Source: Lingula anatina
Taxonomy: Eukaryota; Animalia; Brachiopoda
DNA length: 64,000 nt
NCBI GenBank assembly: GCA_051362555.1
Contig: JBPQGU010000016.1
Location: forward strand, 1-64,000
Reading direction: 5' to 3'
Below the pieces are notes generated by a model. The model saw only the letters and a list, made by a program, of their open reading frames with translations, did not search any database and had not been told where the DNA came from. A program made the translations under genes and the position numbers. How positions within the stretch are numbered: position 1 is the first letter of the stretch; each line of letters begins with the position of its first letter. Positions 12,001 to 27,000 of this stretch are shown here, piece by piece.

Positions 12001-15000
12001 TATTGTGTCAGGTAGGTGTGTTTGGTCATTTGTAGTGAGGGTAAAGTGCTGGAAGAGTGATTGTGTCATTATTTAGGAAGAAATAGAGCAAAAACTCTCT
12101 CCACCCCCCCTCTCTCCAAATCCTGTTCTCAGGTGTGCTTTCTGGCAATCTTTAAAGTTGAAATTGGGGGCTTTAATGAAGTGACCCGGGCGCGTTTCCA
12201 CATTTTTTATGAATGTCAGGTGTGGTAAATTAATTTTCATCACTTTTTGGAAAAATTGGTGACGGGTCATTTTTGGGTGATTTTGAGAGATTTTCGTAAG
12301 GTCCGGATATGGCAGTTTTCTTCAATTTTGGCCAGGTAGGGATGAAAAATTTTTTTCTTCAATATTGTTTCAGGTAGGTGTGTTTGGTCATTTGTAGTGA
12401 GGGTAAAGTGCTGGAAGAGTGATTGTGTCATTATTTAGGAAGAAATAGAGCAAAAACTCTCTCCACCCCCCCTCTCTCCAAATCCTGTTCTCAGGTGTGC
12501 TTTCTGGCAATCTTTAAAGCTGAAATTGGGGGCTTTAATGAAGTGACCCGGGCGCGTTTCCACATTTTTTATGAATGTCAGGTGTGGTAAATTAATTTTC
12601 ATCACTTTTTGGAAAAATTGGTGACGGGTCATTTTTGGGTGATTTTGAGAGATTTTCGTAAGGTCCGGATATGGCAGTTTTCTTCAATTTTGGCCAGGTA
12701 GGGATGAAAAATTTTTTTCTTCAATATTGTGTCAGGTAGGTGTGTTTGGTCATTTGTAGTGAGGGTAAAGTGCTGGAAGAGTGATTGTGTCATTATTTAG
12801 GAAGAAATAGAGCAAAAACTCTCTCCACCCCCCCTCTCTCCAAATCCTGTTCTCAGGTGTGCTTTCTGGCAATCTTTAAAGCTGAAATTGGGGGCTTTAA
12901 TGAAGTGACCCGGGCGCGTTTCCACATTTTTTATGAATGTCAGGTGTGGTAAATTAATTTTCATCACTTTTTGGAAAAATTGGTGACGGGTCATTTTTGG
13001 GTGATTTTGAGAGATTTTCGTAAGGGGCGGATATGGCAGTTTTCTTCAATTTTGGCCAGGTAGGGATGAAAATTTTTTTTCTTCAATATTGTGTCAGGTA
13101 GGTGTGTTTGGTCATTTGTAGTGAGGGTAAAGTGCTGGAAGAGTGATTGTGTCATTATTTAGGAAGAAATAGAGCAAAAACTCTCTCCACCCCCCCTCTC
13201 TCCAAATCCTGTTCTCAGGTGTGCTTTCTGGCAATCTTTAAAGCTGAAATTGGGGGCTTTAATGAAGTGACCCGGGCGCGTTTCCACATTTTTTATGAAT
13301 GTCAGGTGTGGTAAATTAATTTTCATCACTTTTTGGAAAAATTGGTGACGGGTCATTTTTGGGTGATTTTGAGAGATTTTCGTAAGGTCCGGATATGGCA
13401 GTTTTCTTCAATTTTGGCCAGGTAGGGATGAAAAATTTTTTTCTTCAATATTGTGTCAGGTAGGTGTGTTTGGTCATTTGTAGTGAGGGTAAAGTGCTGG
13501 AAGAGTGATTGTGTCATTATTTAGGAAGAAATAGAGCAAAAACTCTCTCCACCCCCCCTCTCTCCAAATCCTGTTCTCAGGTGTGCTTTCTGGCAATCTT
13601 TAAAGCTGAAATTGGGGGCTTTAATGAAGTGACCCGGGCACGTTTCCACATTTTTTATGAATGTCAGGTGTGGTAAATTAATTTTCATCACTTTTTGGAA
13701 AAATTGGTGACGGGTCATTTTTGGGTGATTTTGAGAGATTTTCGTAAGGTCCGGATATGGCAGTTTTCTTCAATTTTGGCCAGGTAGGGATGAAAAATTT
13801 TTTTCTTCAATATTGTGTCAGGTAGGTGTGTTTGGTCATTTGTAGTGAGGGTAAAGTGCTGGAAGAGTGATTGTGTCATTATTTAGGAAGAAATAGAGCA
13901 AAAACTCTCTCCACCCCCCCTCTCTCCAAATCCTGTTCTCAGGTGTGCTTTCTGGCAATCTTTAAAGCTGAAATTGGGGGCTTTAATGAAGTGACCCGGG
14001 CGCGTTTCCACATTTTTTATGAATGTCAGGTGTGGTAAATTAATTTTCATCACTTTTTGGAAAAATTGGTGACGGGTCATTTTTGGGTGATTTTGAGAGA
14101 TTTTCGTAAGGTCCGGATATGGCAGTTTTCTTCAATTTTGGCCAGGTAGGGATGAAAAATTTTTTTCTTCAATATTGTGTCAGGTAGGTGTGTTTGGTCA
14201 TTTGTAGTGAGGGTAAAGTGCTGGAAGAGTGATTGTGTCATTATTTAGGAAGAAATAGAGCAAAAACTCTCTCCACCCCCCCTCTCTCCAAATCCTGTTC
14301 TCAGGTGTGCTTTCTGGCAATCTTTAAAGCTGAAATTGGGGGCTTTAATGAAGTGACCCGGGCACGTTTCCACATTTTTTATGAATGTCAGGTGTGGTAA
14401 ATTAATTTTCATCACTTTTTGGAAAAATTGGTGACGGGTCATTTTTGGGTGATTTTGAGAGATTTTCGTAAGGTCCGGATATGGCAGTTTTCTTCAATTT
14501 TGGCCAGGTAGGGATGAAAAATTTTTTTCTTCAATATTGTGTCAGGTAGATGTGTTTGGTCATTTGTAGTGAGGGTAAAGTGCTGGAAGAGTGATTGTGT
14601 CATTATTTAGGAAGAAATAGAGCAAAAACTCTCTCCACCCCCCCTCTCTCCAAATCCTGTTCTCAGGTGTGCTTTCTGGCAATCTTTAAAGCTGAAATTG
14701 GGGGCTTTAATGAAGTGACCCGGGCGCGTTTCCACATTTTTTATGAATGTCAGGTGTGGTAAATTAATTTTCATCACTTTTTGGAAAAATTGGTGACATG
14801 TCATTTTTGGGTGATTTTGAGAGATTTTCATAAGGTCCGGATATGGCAGTTTTCTTCAATTTTGGCCAGGTAGGGATGAAAAATTTTTTTCTTCAATATT
14901 GTGTCAGGTAGGTGTGTTTGGTCATTTGTAGTGAGGGTAAAGTGCTGGAAGAGTGATTGTGTCATTATTTAGGAAGAAATAGAGCAAAAACTCTCTCCAC

Positions 15001-18000
15001 CCCCCCTCTCTCCAAATCCTGTTCTCAGGTGTGCTTTCTGGCAATCTTTAAAGCTGAAATTGGGGGCTTTAATGAAGTGACCCGGGCGCGTTTCCACATT
15101 TTTTATGAATGTCAGGTGTGGTAAATTAATTTTCATCACTTTTTGGAAAAATTGGTGACGGGTCATTTTTGGGTGATTTTGAGAGATTTTCGTAAGGTCC
15201 GGATATGGCAGTTTTCTTCAATTTTGGCCAGGTAGGGATGAAAAATTTTTTTCTTCAATATTGTGTCAGGTAAGTGTGTTTGGTCATTTGTAGTGAGGGT
15301 AAAGTGCTGGAAGAGTGATTGTGTCATTATTTAGGAAGAAATAGAGCAAAAACTCTCTCCACCCCCCCTCTCTCCAAATCCTGTTCTCAGGTGTGCTTTC
15401 TGGCAATCTTTAAAGCTGAAATTGGGGGCTTTAATGAAGTGACCCGGGCGCGTTTCCACATTTTTTATGAATGTCAGGTGTGGTAAATTAATTTTCATCA
15501 CTTTTTGGAAAAATTGGTGACGGGTCATTTTTGGGTGATTTTGAGAGATTTTCGTAAGGTCCGGATATGGCAGTTTTCTTCAATTTTGGCCAGGTAGGGA
15601 TGAAAAATTTTTTTCTTCAATATTGTGTCAGGTAGGTGTGTTTGGTCATTTGTAGTGAGGGTAAAGTGCTGGAAGAGTGATTGTGTCATTATTTAGGAAG
15701 AAATAGAGCAAAAACTCTCTCCACCCCCCCTCTCTCCAAATCCTGTTCTCAGGTGTGCTTTCTGGCAATCTTTAAAGCTGAAATTGGGGGCTTTAATGAA
15801 GTGACCCGGGCGCGTTTCCACATTTTTTATGAATGTCAGGTGTGGTAAATTAATTTTCATCACTTTTTGGAAAAATTGGTGACGGGTCATTTTTGGGTGA
15901 TTTTGAGAGATTTTCGTAAGGTCCGGATATGGCAGTTTTCTTCAATTTTGGCCAGGTAGGGATGAAAAATTTTTTTCTTCAATATTGTGTCAGGTAGGTG
16001 TGTTTGGTCATTTGTAGTGAGGGTAAAGTGCTGGAAGAGTGATTGTGTCATTATTTAGGAAGAAATAGAGCAAAAACTCTCTCCACCCCCCCTCTCTCCA
16101 AATCCTGTTCTCAGGTGTGCTTTCTGGCAATCTTTAAAGCTGAAATTGGGGGCTTTAATGAAGTGACCCGGGCGCGTTTCCACATTTTTTATGAATGTCA
16201 GGTGTGGTAAATTAATTTTCATCACTTTTTGGAAAAATTGGTGACATGTCATTTTTGGGTGATTTTGAGAGATTTTCATAAGGTCCGGATATGGCAGTTT
16301 TCTTCAATTTTGGCCAGGTAGGGATGAAAAATTTTTTTCTTCAATATTGTGTCAGGTAGGTGTGTTTGGTCATTTGTAGTGAGGGTAAAGTGCTGGAAGA
16401 GTGATTGTGTCATTATTTAGGAAGAAATAGAGCAAAAACTCTCTCCACCCCCCCTCTCTCCAAATCCTGTTCTCAGGTGTGCTTTCTGGCAATCTTTAAA
16501 GCTGAAATTGGGGGCTTTAATGAAGTGACCCGGGCGCGTTTCCACATTTTTTATGAATGTCAGGTGTGGTAAATTAATTTTCATCACTTTTTGGAAAAAT
16601 TGGTGACGGGTCATTTTTGGGTGATTTTGAGAGATTTTCGTAAGGTCCGGATATGGCAGTTTTCTTCAATTTTGGCCAGGTAGGGATGAAAAATTTTTTT
16701 CTTCAATATTGTGTCAGGTAGGTGTGTTTGGTCATTTGTAGTGAGGGTAAAGTGCTGGAAGAGTGATTGTGTCATTATTTAGGAAGAAATAGAGCAAAAA
16801 CTCTCTCCACCCCCCCTCTCTCCAAATCCTGTTCTCAGGTGTGCTTTCTGGCAATCTTTAAAGCTGAAATTGGGGGCTTTAATGAAGTGACCCGGGCACG
16901 TTTCCACATTTTTTATGAATGTCAGGTGTGGTAAATTAATTTTCATCACTTTTTGGAAAAATTGGTGACGGGTCATTTTTGGGTGATTTTGAGAGATTTT
17001 CGTAAGGTCCGGATATGGCAGTTTTCTTCAATTTTGGCCAGGTAGGGATGAAAAATTTTTTTCTTCAATATTGTGTCAGGTAGATGTGTTTGGTCATTTG
17101 TAGTGAGGGTAAAGTGCTGGAAGAGTGATTGTGTCATTATTTAGGAAGAAATAGAGCAAAAACTCTCTCCACCCCCCCTCTCTCCAAATCCTGTTCTCAG
17201 GTGTGCTTTCTGGCAATCTTTAAAGCTGAAATTGGGGGCTTTAATGAAGTGACCCGGGCGCGTTTCCACATTTTTTATGAATGTCAGGTGTGGTAAATTA
17301 ATTTTCATCACTTTTTGGAAAAATTGGTGACATGTCATTTTTGGGTGATTTTGAGAGATTTTCATAAGGTCCGGATATGGCAGTTTTCTTCAATTTTGGC
17401 CAGGTAGGGATGAAAAATTTTTTTCTTCAATATTGTGTGAGGTAGGTGTGTTTGGTCATTTGTAGTGAGGGTAAAGTGCTGGAAGAGTGATTGTGTCATT
17501 ATTTAGGAAGAAATAGAGCAAAAACTCTCTCCACCCCCCCTCTCTCCAAATCCTGTTCTCAGGTGTGCTTTCTGGCAATCTTTAAAGCTGAAATTGGGGG
17601 CTTTAATGAAGTGACCCGGGCGCGTTTCCACATTTTTTATGAATGTCAGGTGTGGTAAATTAATTTTCATCACTTTTTGGAAAAATTGGTGACGGGTCAT
17701 TTTTGGGTGATTTTGAGAGATTTTCGTAAGGTCCGGATATGGCAGTTTTCTTCAATTTTGGCCAGGTAGGGATGAAAAATTTTTTTCTTCAATATTGTGT
17801 CAGGTAAGTGTGTTTGGTCATTTGTAGTGAGGGTAAAGTGCTGGAAGAGTGATTGTGTCATTATTTAGGAAGAAATAGAGCAAAAACTCTCTCCACCCCC
17901 CCTCTCTCCAAATCCTGTTCTCAGGTGTGCTTTCTGGCAATCTTTAAAGCTGAAATTGGGGGCTTTAATGAAGTGACCCGGGCGCGTTTCCACATTTTTT

Positions 18001-21000
18001 ATGAATGTCAGGTGTGGTAAATTAATTTTCATCACTTTTTGGAAAAATTGGTGACGGGTCATTTTTGGGTGATTTTGAGAGATTTTCGTAAGGTCCGGAT
18101 ATGGCAGTTTTCTTCAATTTTGGCCAGGTAGGGATGAAAAATTTTTTTCTTCAATATTGTGTCAGGTAGGTGTGTTTGGTCATTTGTAGTGAGGGTAAAG
18201 TGCTGGAAGAGTGATTGTGTCATTATTTAGGAAGAAATAGAGCAAAAACTCTCTCCACCCCCCCTCTCTCCAAATCCTGTTCTCAGGTGTGCTTTCTGGC
18301 AATCTTTAAAGCTGAAATTGGGGGCTTTAATGAAGTGACCCGGGCGCGTTTCCACATTTTTTATGAATGTCAGGTGTGGTAAATTAATTTTCATCACTTT
18401 TTGGAAAAATTGGTGACGGGTCATTTTTGGGTGATTTTGAGAGATTTTCGTAAGGTCCGGATATGGCAGTTTTCTTCAATTTTGGCCAGGTAGGGATGAA
18501 AAATTTTTTTCTTCAATATTGTGTCAGGTAGGTGTGTTTGGTCATTTGTAGTGAGGGTAAAGTGCTGGAAGAGTGATTGTGTCATTATTTAGGAAGAAAT
18601 AGAGCAAAAACTCTCTCCACCCCCCCTCTCTCCAAATCCTGTTCTCAGGTGTGCTTTCTGGCAATCTTTAAAGCTGAAATTGGGGGCTTTAATGAAGTGA
18701 CCCGGGCACGTTTCCACATTTTTTATGAATGTCAGGTGTGGTAAATTAATTTTCATCACTTTTTGGAAAAATTGGTGACGGGTCATTTTTGGGTGATTTT
18801 GAGAGATTTTTGTAAGGTCCGGATATGGCAGTTTTCTTCAATTTTGGCCAGGTAGGGATGAAAAATTTTTTTCTTCAATATTGTGTCAGGTAGGTGTGTT
18901 TGGTCATTTGTAGTGAGGGTAAAGTGCTGGAAGAGTGATTGTGTCATTATTTAGGAAGAAATAGAGCAAAAACTCTCTCCACCCCCCTCTCTCCAAACCC
19001 TGTTCTCAGGTGTGCTTTCTGGCAATCTTTAAAGCTGAAATTGGGGGCTTTAATGAAGTGACCCGGGCACGTTTCCACATTTTTTATGAATGTCAGGTGT
19101 GGTAAATTAATTTTCATCACTTTTTGGAAAAATTGGTGACGGGTCATTTTTGGGTGATTTTGAGAGATTTTCGTAAGGTCCGGATATGGCAGTTTTCTTC
19201 AATTTTGGCCAGGTAGGGATGAAAAATTTTTTTCTTCAATATTGTGTCAGGTAGGTGTGTTTGGTCATTTGTAGTGAGGGTAAAGTGCTGGAAGAGTGAT
19301 TGTGTCATTATTTAGGAAGAAATAGAGCAAAAACTCTCTCCACCCCCCCTCTCTCCAAATCCTGTTCTCAGGTGTGCTTTCTGGCAATCTTTAAAGCTGA
19401 AATTGGGGGCTTTAATGAAGTGACCCGGGCGCGTTTCCACATTTTTTATGAATGTCAGGTGTGGTAAATTAATTTTCATCACTTTTTGGAAAAATTGGTG
19501 ACGGGTCATTTTTGGGTGATTTTGAGAGATTTTCGTAAGGTCCGGATATGGCAGTTTTCTTCAATTTTGGCCAGGTAGGGATGAAAAATTTTTTTCTTCA
19601 ATATTGTGTCAGGTAGGTGTGTTTGGTCATTTGTAGTGAGGGTAAAGTGCTGGAAGAGTGATTGTGTCATTATTTAGGAAGAAATAGAGCAAAAACTCTC
19701 TCCACCCCCCCTCTCTCCAAATCCTGTTCTCAGGTGTGCTTTCTGGCAATCTTTAAAGCTGAAATTGGGGGCTTTAATGAAGTGACCCGGGCGCGTTTCC
19801 ACATTTTTTATGAATGTCAGGTGTGGTAAATTAATTTTCATCACTTTTTGGAAAAATTGGTGACGGGTCATTTTTGGGTGATTTTGAGAGATTTTCGTAA
19901 GGTCCGGATATGGCAGTTTTCTTCAATTTTGGCCAGGTAGGGATGAAAAATTTTTTTCTTCAATATTGTGTCAGGTGTGTGTGTTTGGTCATTTGTAGTG
20001 AGGGTAAAGTGCTGGAAGAGTGATTGTGTCATTATTTAGGAAGAAATAGAGCAAAAACTCTCTCCACCCCCCCTCTCTCCAAATCCTGTTCTCAGGTGTG
20101 CTTTCTGGCAATCTTTAAAGCTGAAATTGGGGGCTTTAATGAAGTGACCCGGGCGCGTTTCCACATTTTTTATGAATGTCAGGTGTGGTAAATTAATTTT
20201 CATCACTTTTTGGAAAAATTGGTGACGGGTCATTTTTGGGTGATTTTGAGAGATTTTCGTAAGGTCCGGATATGGCAGTTTTCTTCAATTTTGGCCAGGT
20301 AGGGATGAAAAATTTTTTTCTTCAATATTGTGTCAGGTAGGTGTGTTTGGTCATTTGTAGTGAGGGTAAAGTGCTGGAAGAGTGATTGTGTCATTATTTA
20401 GGAAGAAATAGAGCAAAAACTCTCTCCACCCCCCCTCTCTCCAAATCCTGTTCTCAGGTGTGCTTTCTGGCAATCTTTAAAGCTGAAATTGGGGGCTTTA
20501 ATGAAGTGACCCGGGCGCGTTTCCACATTTTTTATGAATGTCAGGTGTGGTAAATTAATTTTCATCACTTTTTGGAAAAATTGGTGACGGGTCATTTTTG
20601 GGTGATTTTGAGAGATTTTCGTAAGGTCCGGATATGGCAGTTTTCTTCAATTTTGGCCAGGTAGGGATGAAAAATTTTTTTCTTCAATATTGTGTCAGGT
20701 AGGTGTGTTTGGTCATTTGTAGTGAGGGTAAAGTGCTGGAAGAGTGATTGTGTCATTATTTAGGAAGAAATAGAGCAAAAACTCTCTCCACCCCCCCTCT
20801 CTCCAAATCCTGTTCTCAGGTGTGCTTTCTGGCAATCTTTAAAGCTGAAATTGGGGGCTTTAATGAAGTGACCCGGGCACGTTTCCACATTTTTTATGAA
20901 TGTCAGGTGTGGTAAATTAATTTTCATCACTTTTTGGAAAAATTGGTGACGGGTCATTTTTGGGTGATTTTGAGAGATTTTCGTAAGGTCCGGATATGGC

Positions 21001-24000
21001 AGTTTTCTTCAATTTTGGCCAGGTAGGGATGAAAAATTTTTTTCTTCAATATTGTGTCAGGTAGGTGTGTTTGGTCATTTGTAGTGAGGGTAAAGTGCTG
21101 GAAGAGTGATTGTGTCATTATTTAGGAAGAAATAGAGCAAAAACTCTCTCCACCCCCCCTCTCTCCAAATCCTGTTCTCAGGTGTGCTTTCTGGCAATCT
21201 TTAAAGCTGAAATTGGGGGCTTTAATGAAGTGACCCGGGCGCGTTTCCACATTTTTTATGAATGTCAGGTGTGGTAAATTAATTTTCATCACTTTTTGGA
21301 AAAATTGGTGACGGGTCATTTTTGGGTGATTTTGAGAGATTTTCGTAAGGTCGGGATATGGCAGTTTTCTTCAATTTTGGCCAGGTAGGGATGAAAAATT
21401 TTTTTCTTCAATATTGTGTCAGGTGTGTGTGTTTGGTCATTTGTAGTGAGGGTAAAGTGCTGGAAGAGTGATTGTGTCATTATTTAGGAAGAAATAGAGC
21501 AAAAACTCTCTCCACCCCCCCTCTCTCCAAATCCTGTTCTCAGGTGTGCTTTCTGGCAATCTTTAAAGCTGAAATTGGGGGCTTTAATGAAGTGACCCGG
21601 GCGCGTTTCCACATTTTTTATGAATGTCAGGTGTGGTAAATTAATTTTCATCACTTTTTGGAAAAATTGGTGACGGGTCATTTTTGGGTGATTTTGAGAG
21701 ATTTTCGTAAGGTCCGGATATGGCAGTTTTCTTCAATTTTGGCCAGGTAGGGATGAAAAATTTTTTTCTTCAATATTGTGTCAGGTAGGTGTGTTTGGTC
21801 ATTTGTAGTGAGGGTAAAGTGCTGGAAGAGTGATTGTGTCATTATTTAGGAAGAAATATAGCAAAAACTCTCTCCACCCCCCCTCTCTCCAAATCCTGTT
21901 CTCAGGTGTGCTTTCTGGCAATCTTTAAAGCTGAAATTGGGGGCTTTAATGAAGTGACCCGGGCGCGTTTCCACATTTTTTATGAATGTCAGGTGTGGTA
22001 AATTAATTTTCATCACTTTTTGGAAAAATTGGTGACGGGTCATTTTTGGGTGATTTTGAGAGATTTTCGTAAGGTCCGGATATGGCAGTTTTCTTCAATT
22101 TTGGCCAGGTAGGGATGAAAAATTTTTTTCTTCAATATTGTGTCAGGTAGGTGTGTTTGGTCATTTGTAGTGAGGGTAAAGTGCTGGAAGAGTGATTGTG
22201 TCATTATTTAGGAAGAAATAGAGCAAAAACTCTCTCCACCCCCCCTCTCTCCAAATCCTGTTCTCAGGTGTGCTTTCTGGCAATCTTTAAAGCTGAAATT
22301 GGGGGCCTTTAATGAAGTGACCCGGGCGCGTTTCCACATTTTTTATGAATGTCAGGTGTGGTAAATTAATTTTCATCACTTTTTGGAAAAATTGGTGACG
22401 GGTCATTATGGGTGATTTTGAGAGATTTTCGTAAGGTCCGGATATGGCAGTTTTCTTCAATTTTAGCCAGGTAGGGATGAAAAATTTTTTTCTTCAATAT
22501 TGTGTCAGGTAGGTGTGTTTGGTCATTTGTAGTGAGGGTAAAGTGCTGGAAGAGTGATTGTGTCATTATTTAGGAAGAAATAGAGCAAAAACTCTCTCCA
22601 CCCCCCCTCTCTCCAAATCCTGTTCTCAGGTGTGCTTTCTGGCAATCTTTAAAGCTGAAATTGGGGGCTTTAATGAAGTGACCCGGGCACGTTTCCACAT
22701 TTTTTATGAATGTCAGGTGTGGTAAATTAATTTTCATCACTTTTTGGAAAAATTGGTGACGGGTCATTTTTGGGTGATTTTGAGAGATTTTCGTAAGGTC
22801 CGGATATGGCAGTTTTCTTCAATTTTGGCCAGGTAGGGATGAAAAATTTTTTTCTTCAATATTGTGTCAGGTAGGTGTGTTTGGTCATTTGTAGTGAGGG
22901 TAAAGTGCTGGAAGAGTGATTGTGTCATTATTTAGGAAGAAATAGAGCAAAAACTCTCTCCACCCCCCTCTCTCCAAATCCTGTTCTCAGGTGTGCTTTC
23001 TGGCAATCTTTAAAGCTGAAATTGGGGGCTTTAATGAAGTGACCCGGGCGCGTTTCCACATTTTTTATGAATGTCAGGTGTGGTAAATTAATTTTCATCA
23101 CTTTTTGGAAAAATTGGTGACAGGTCATTTTTGGGTGATTTTGAGAGATTTTCGTAAGGTCCGGATATGGCAGTTTTCTTCAATTTTGGCCAGGTAGGGA
23201 TGAAAAATTTTTTTCTTCAATATTGTGTCAGGTAGGTGTGTTTGGTCATTTGTAGTGAGGGTAAAGTGCTGGAAGAGTGATTGTGTCATTATTTAGGAAG
23301 AAATAGAGCAAAAACTCTCTCCACCCCCCCTCTCTCCAAATCCTGTTCTCAGGTGTGCTTTCTGGCAATCTTTAAAGCTGAAATTGGGGGCTTTAATGAA
23401 GTGACCCAGGGCGCGTTTCCACATTTTTTATGAATGTCAGGTGTGGTAAATTAATTTTCATCACTTTTTGGAAAAATTGGTGACGGGTCATTTTTGGGTG
23501 ATTTTGAGAGATTTTCGTAAGGTCCGGATATGGCAGTTTTCTTCAATTTTGGCCAGGTAGGGATGAAAAATTTTTTTTCTTCAATATTGTGTCAGGTAGG
23601 TGTGTTTGGTCATTTGTAGTGAGGGTAAAGTGCTGGAAGAGTGATTGTGTCATTATTTAGGAAGAAATAGAGCAAAAACTCTCTCCACCCCCCCTCTCTC
23701 CAAATCCTGTTCTCAGGTGTGCTTTCTGGCAATCTTTAAAGCTGAAATTGGGGGCTTTAATGAAGTGACCCGGGCACGTTTCCACATTTTTTATGAATGT
23801 CAGGTGTGGTAAATTAATTTTCATCACTTTTTGGAAAAATTGGTGACGGGTCATTTTTGGGTGATTTTGAGAGATTTTCGTAAGGTCCGGATATGGCAGT
23901 TTTCTTCAATTTTGGCCAGGTAGGGATGAAAAATTTTTTTCTTCAATATTGTGTCAGGTAGGTGTGTTTGGTCATTTGTAGTGAGGGTAAAGTGCTGGAA

Positions 24001-27000
24001 GAGTGATTGTGTCATTATTTAGGAAGAAATAGAGCAAAAACTCTCTCCACCCCCCTCTCTCCAAACCCTGTTCTCAGGTGTGCTTTCTGGCAATCTTTAA
24101 AGCTGAAATTGGGGGCTTTAATGAAGTGACCCGGGCACGTTTCCACATTTTTTATGAATGTCAGGTGTGGTAAATTAATTTTCATCACTTTTTGGAAAAA
24201 TTGGTGACGGGTCATTTTTGGGTGATTTTGAGAGATTTTCGTAAGGTCCGGATATGGCAGTTTTCTTCAATTTTGGCCAGGTAGGGATGAAAAATTTTTT
24301 TCTTCAATATTGTGTCAGGTAGGTGTGTTTGGTCATTTGTAGTGAGGGTAAAGTGCTGGAAGAGTGATTGTGTCATTATTTAGGAAGAAATAGAGCAAAA
24401 ACTCTCTCCACCCCCCCTCTCTCCAAATCCTGTTCTCAGGTGTGCTTTCTGGCAATCTTTAAAGCTGAAATTGGGGGCTTTAATGAAGTGACCCGGGCTC
24501 GTTTCCACATTTTTTATGAATGTCAGGTGTGGTAAATTAATTTTCATCACTTTTTGGAAAAATTGGTGACGGGTCATTTTTGGGTGATTTTGAGAGATTT
24601 TCGTAAGGTCCGGATATGGCAGTTTTCTTCAATTTTGGCCAGGTAGGGATGAAAAATTTTTTTCTTCAATATTGTGTCAGGTAGGTGTGTTTGGTCATTT
24701 GTAGTGAGGGTAAAGTGCTGGAAGAGTGATTGTGTCATTATTTAGGAAGAAATAGAGCAAAAACTCTCTCCACCCCCCCTCTCTCCAAATCCTGTTCTCA
24801 GGTGTGCTTTCTGGCAATCTTTAAAGCTGAAATTGGGGGCTTTAATGAAGTGACCCGGGCGCGTTTCCACATTTTTTATGAATGTCAGGTGTGGTAAATT
24901 AATTTTCATCACTTTTTGGAAAAATTGGTGACGGGTCATTTTTGGGTGATTTTGAGAGATTTTCGTAAGGTCCGGATATGGCAGTTTTCTTCAATTTTGG
25001 CCAGGTAGGGATGAAAAATTTTTTTCTTCAATATTGTGTCAGGTAGGTGTGTTTGGTCATTTGTAGTGAGGGTAAAGTGCTGGAAGAGTGATTGTGTCAT
25101 TATTTAGGAAGAAATAGAGCAAAAACTCTCTCCACCCCCCCTCTCTCCAAATCCTGTTCTCAGGTGTGCTTTCTGGCAATCTTTAAAGCTGAAATTGGGG
25201 GCTTTAATGAAGTGACCCGGGCGCGTTTCCACATTTTTTATGAGTGTCAAGTGTGGTAAATTAATTTTCATCACTTTTTGGAAAAATTGGTGACGGGTCA
25301 TTTTTGGGTGATTTTGAGAGATTTTCGTAAGGTCCGGATATGGCAGTTTTCTTCAATTTTGGCCAGGTAGGGATGAAAAATTTTTTTCTTCAATATTGTG
25401 TCAGGTAGGTGTGTTTGGTCATTTGTAGTGAGGGTAAAGTGCTGGAAGAGTGATTGTGTCATTATTTAGGAAGAAATAGAGCAAAAACTCTCTCCACCCC
25501 CCCTCTCTCCAAATCCTGTTCTCAGGTGTGCTTTCTGGCAATCTTTAAAGCTGAAATTGGGGGCTTTAATGAAGTGACCCGGGCGCGTTTCCACATTTTT
25601 TATGAATGTCAGGTGTGGTAAATTAATTTTCATCACTTTTTGGAAAAATTGGTGACGGGTCATTTTTGGGTGATTTTGAGAGATTTTCGTAAGGTCCGGA
25701 TATGGCAGTTTTCTTCAATTTTGGCCAGGTAGGGATGAAAAATTTTTTTCTTCAATATTGTGTCAGGTAGGTGTGTTTGGTCATTTGTAGTGAGGGTAAA
25801 GTGCTGGAAGAGTGATTGTGTCATTATTTAGGAAGAAATAGAGCAAAAACTCTCTCCACCCCCCCTCTCTCCAAATCCTGTTCTCAGGTGTGCTTTCTGG
25901 CAATCTTTAAAGCTGAAATTGGGGGCTTTAATGAAGTGACCCGGGCGCGTTTCCACATTTTTTATGAATGTCAGGTGTGGTAAATTAATTTTCATCACTT
26001 TTTGGAAAAATTGGTGACGGGTCATTTTTGGGTGATTTTGAGAGATTTTCGTAAGGTCCGGATATGGCAGTTTTCTTCAATTTTGGCCAGGTAGGGATGA
26101 AAAATTTTTTTCTTCAATATTGTGTCAGGTGTGTGTGTTTGGTCATTTGTAGTGAGGGTAAAGTGCTGGAAGAGTGATTGTGTCATTATTTAGGAAGAAA
26201 TAGAGCAAAAACTCTCTCCACCCCCCCTCTCTCCAAATCCTGTTCTCAGGTGTGCTTTCTGGCAATCTTTAAAGCTGAAATTGGGGGCTTTAATGAAGTG
26301 ACCCGGGCGCGTTTCCACATTTTTTATGAATGTCAGGTGTGGTAAATTAATTTTCATCACTTTTTGGAAAAATTGGTGACGGGTCATTTTTGGGTGATTT
26401 TGAGAGATTTTCGTAAGGTCCGGATATGGCAGTTTTCTTCAATTTTGGCCAGGTAGGGATGAAAAATTTTTTTCTTCAATATTGTGTCAGGTGTGTGTGT
26501 TTGGTCATTTGTAGTGAGGGTAAAGTGCTGGAAGAGTGATTGTGTCATTATTTAGGAAGAAATAGAGCAAAAACTCTCTCCACCCCCCCTCTCTCCAAAT
26601 CCTGTTCTCAGGTGTGCTTTCTGGCAATCTTTAAAGCTGAAATTGGGGGCTTTAATGAAGTGACCCGGGCGCGTTTCCACATTTTTTATGAATGTCAGGT
26701 GTGGTAAATTAATTTTCATCACTTTTTGGAAAAATTGGTGACGGGTCATTTTTGGGTGATTTTGAGAGATTTTCGTAAGGTCCGGATATGGCAGTTTTCT
26801 TCAATTTTGGCCAGGTAGGGATGAAAAATTTTTTTCTTCAATATTGTGTCAGGTAGGTGTGTTTGGTCATTTGTAGTGAGGGTAAAGTGCTGGAAGAGTG
26901 ATTGTGTCATTATTTAGGAAGAAATAGAGCAAAAACTCTCTCCACCCCCCCTCTCTCCAAATCCTGTTCTCAGGTGTGCTTTCTGGCAATCTTTAAAGCT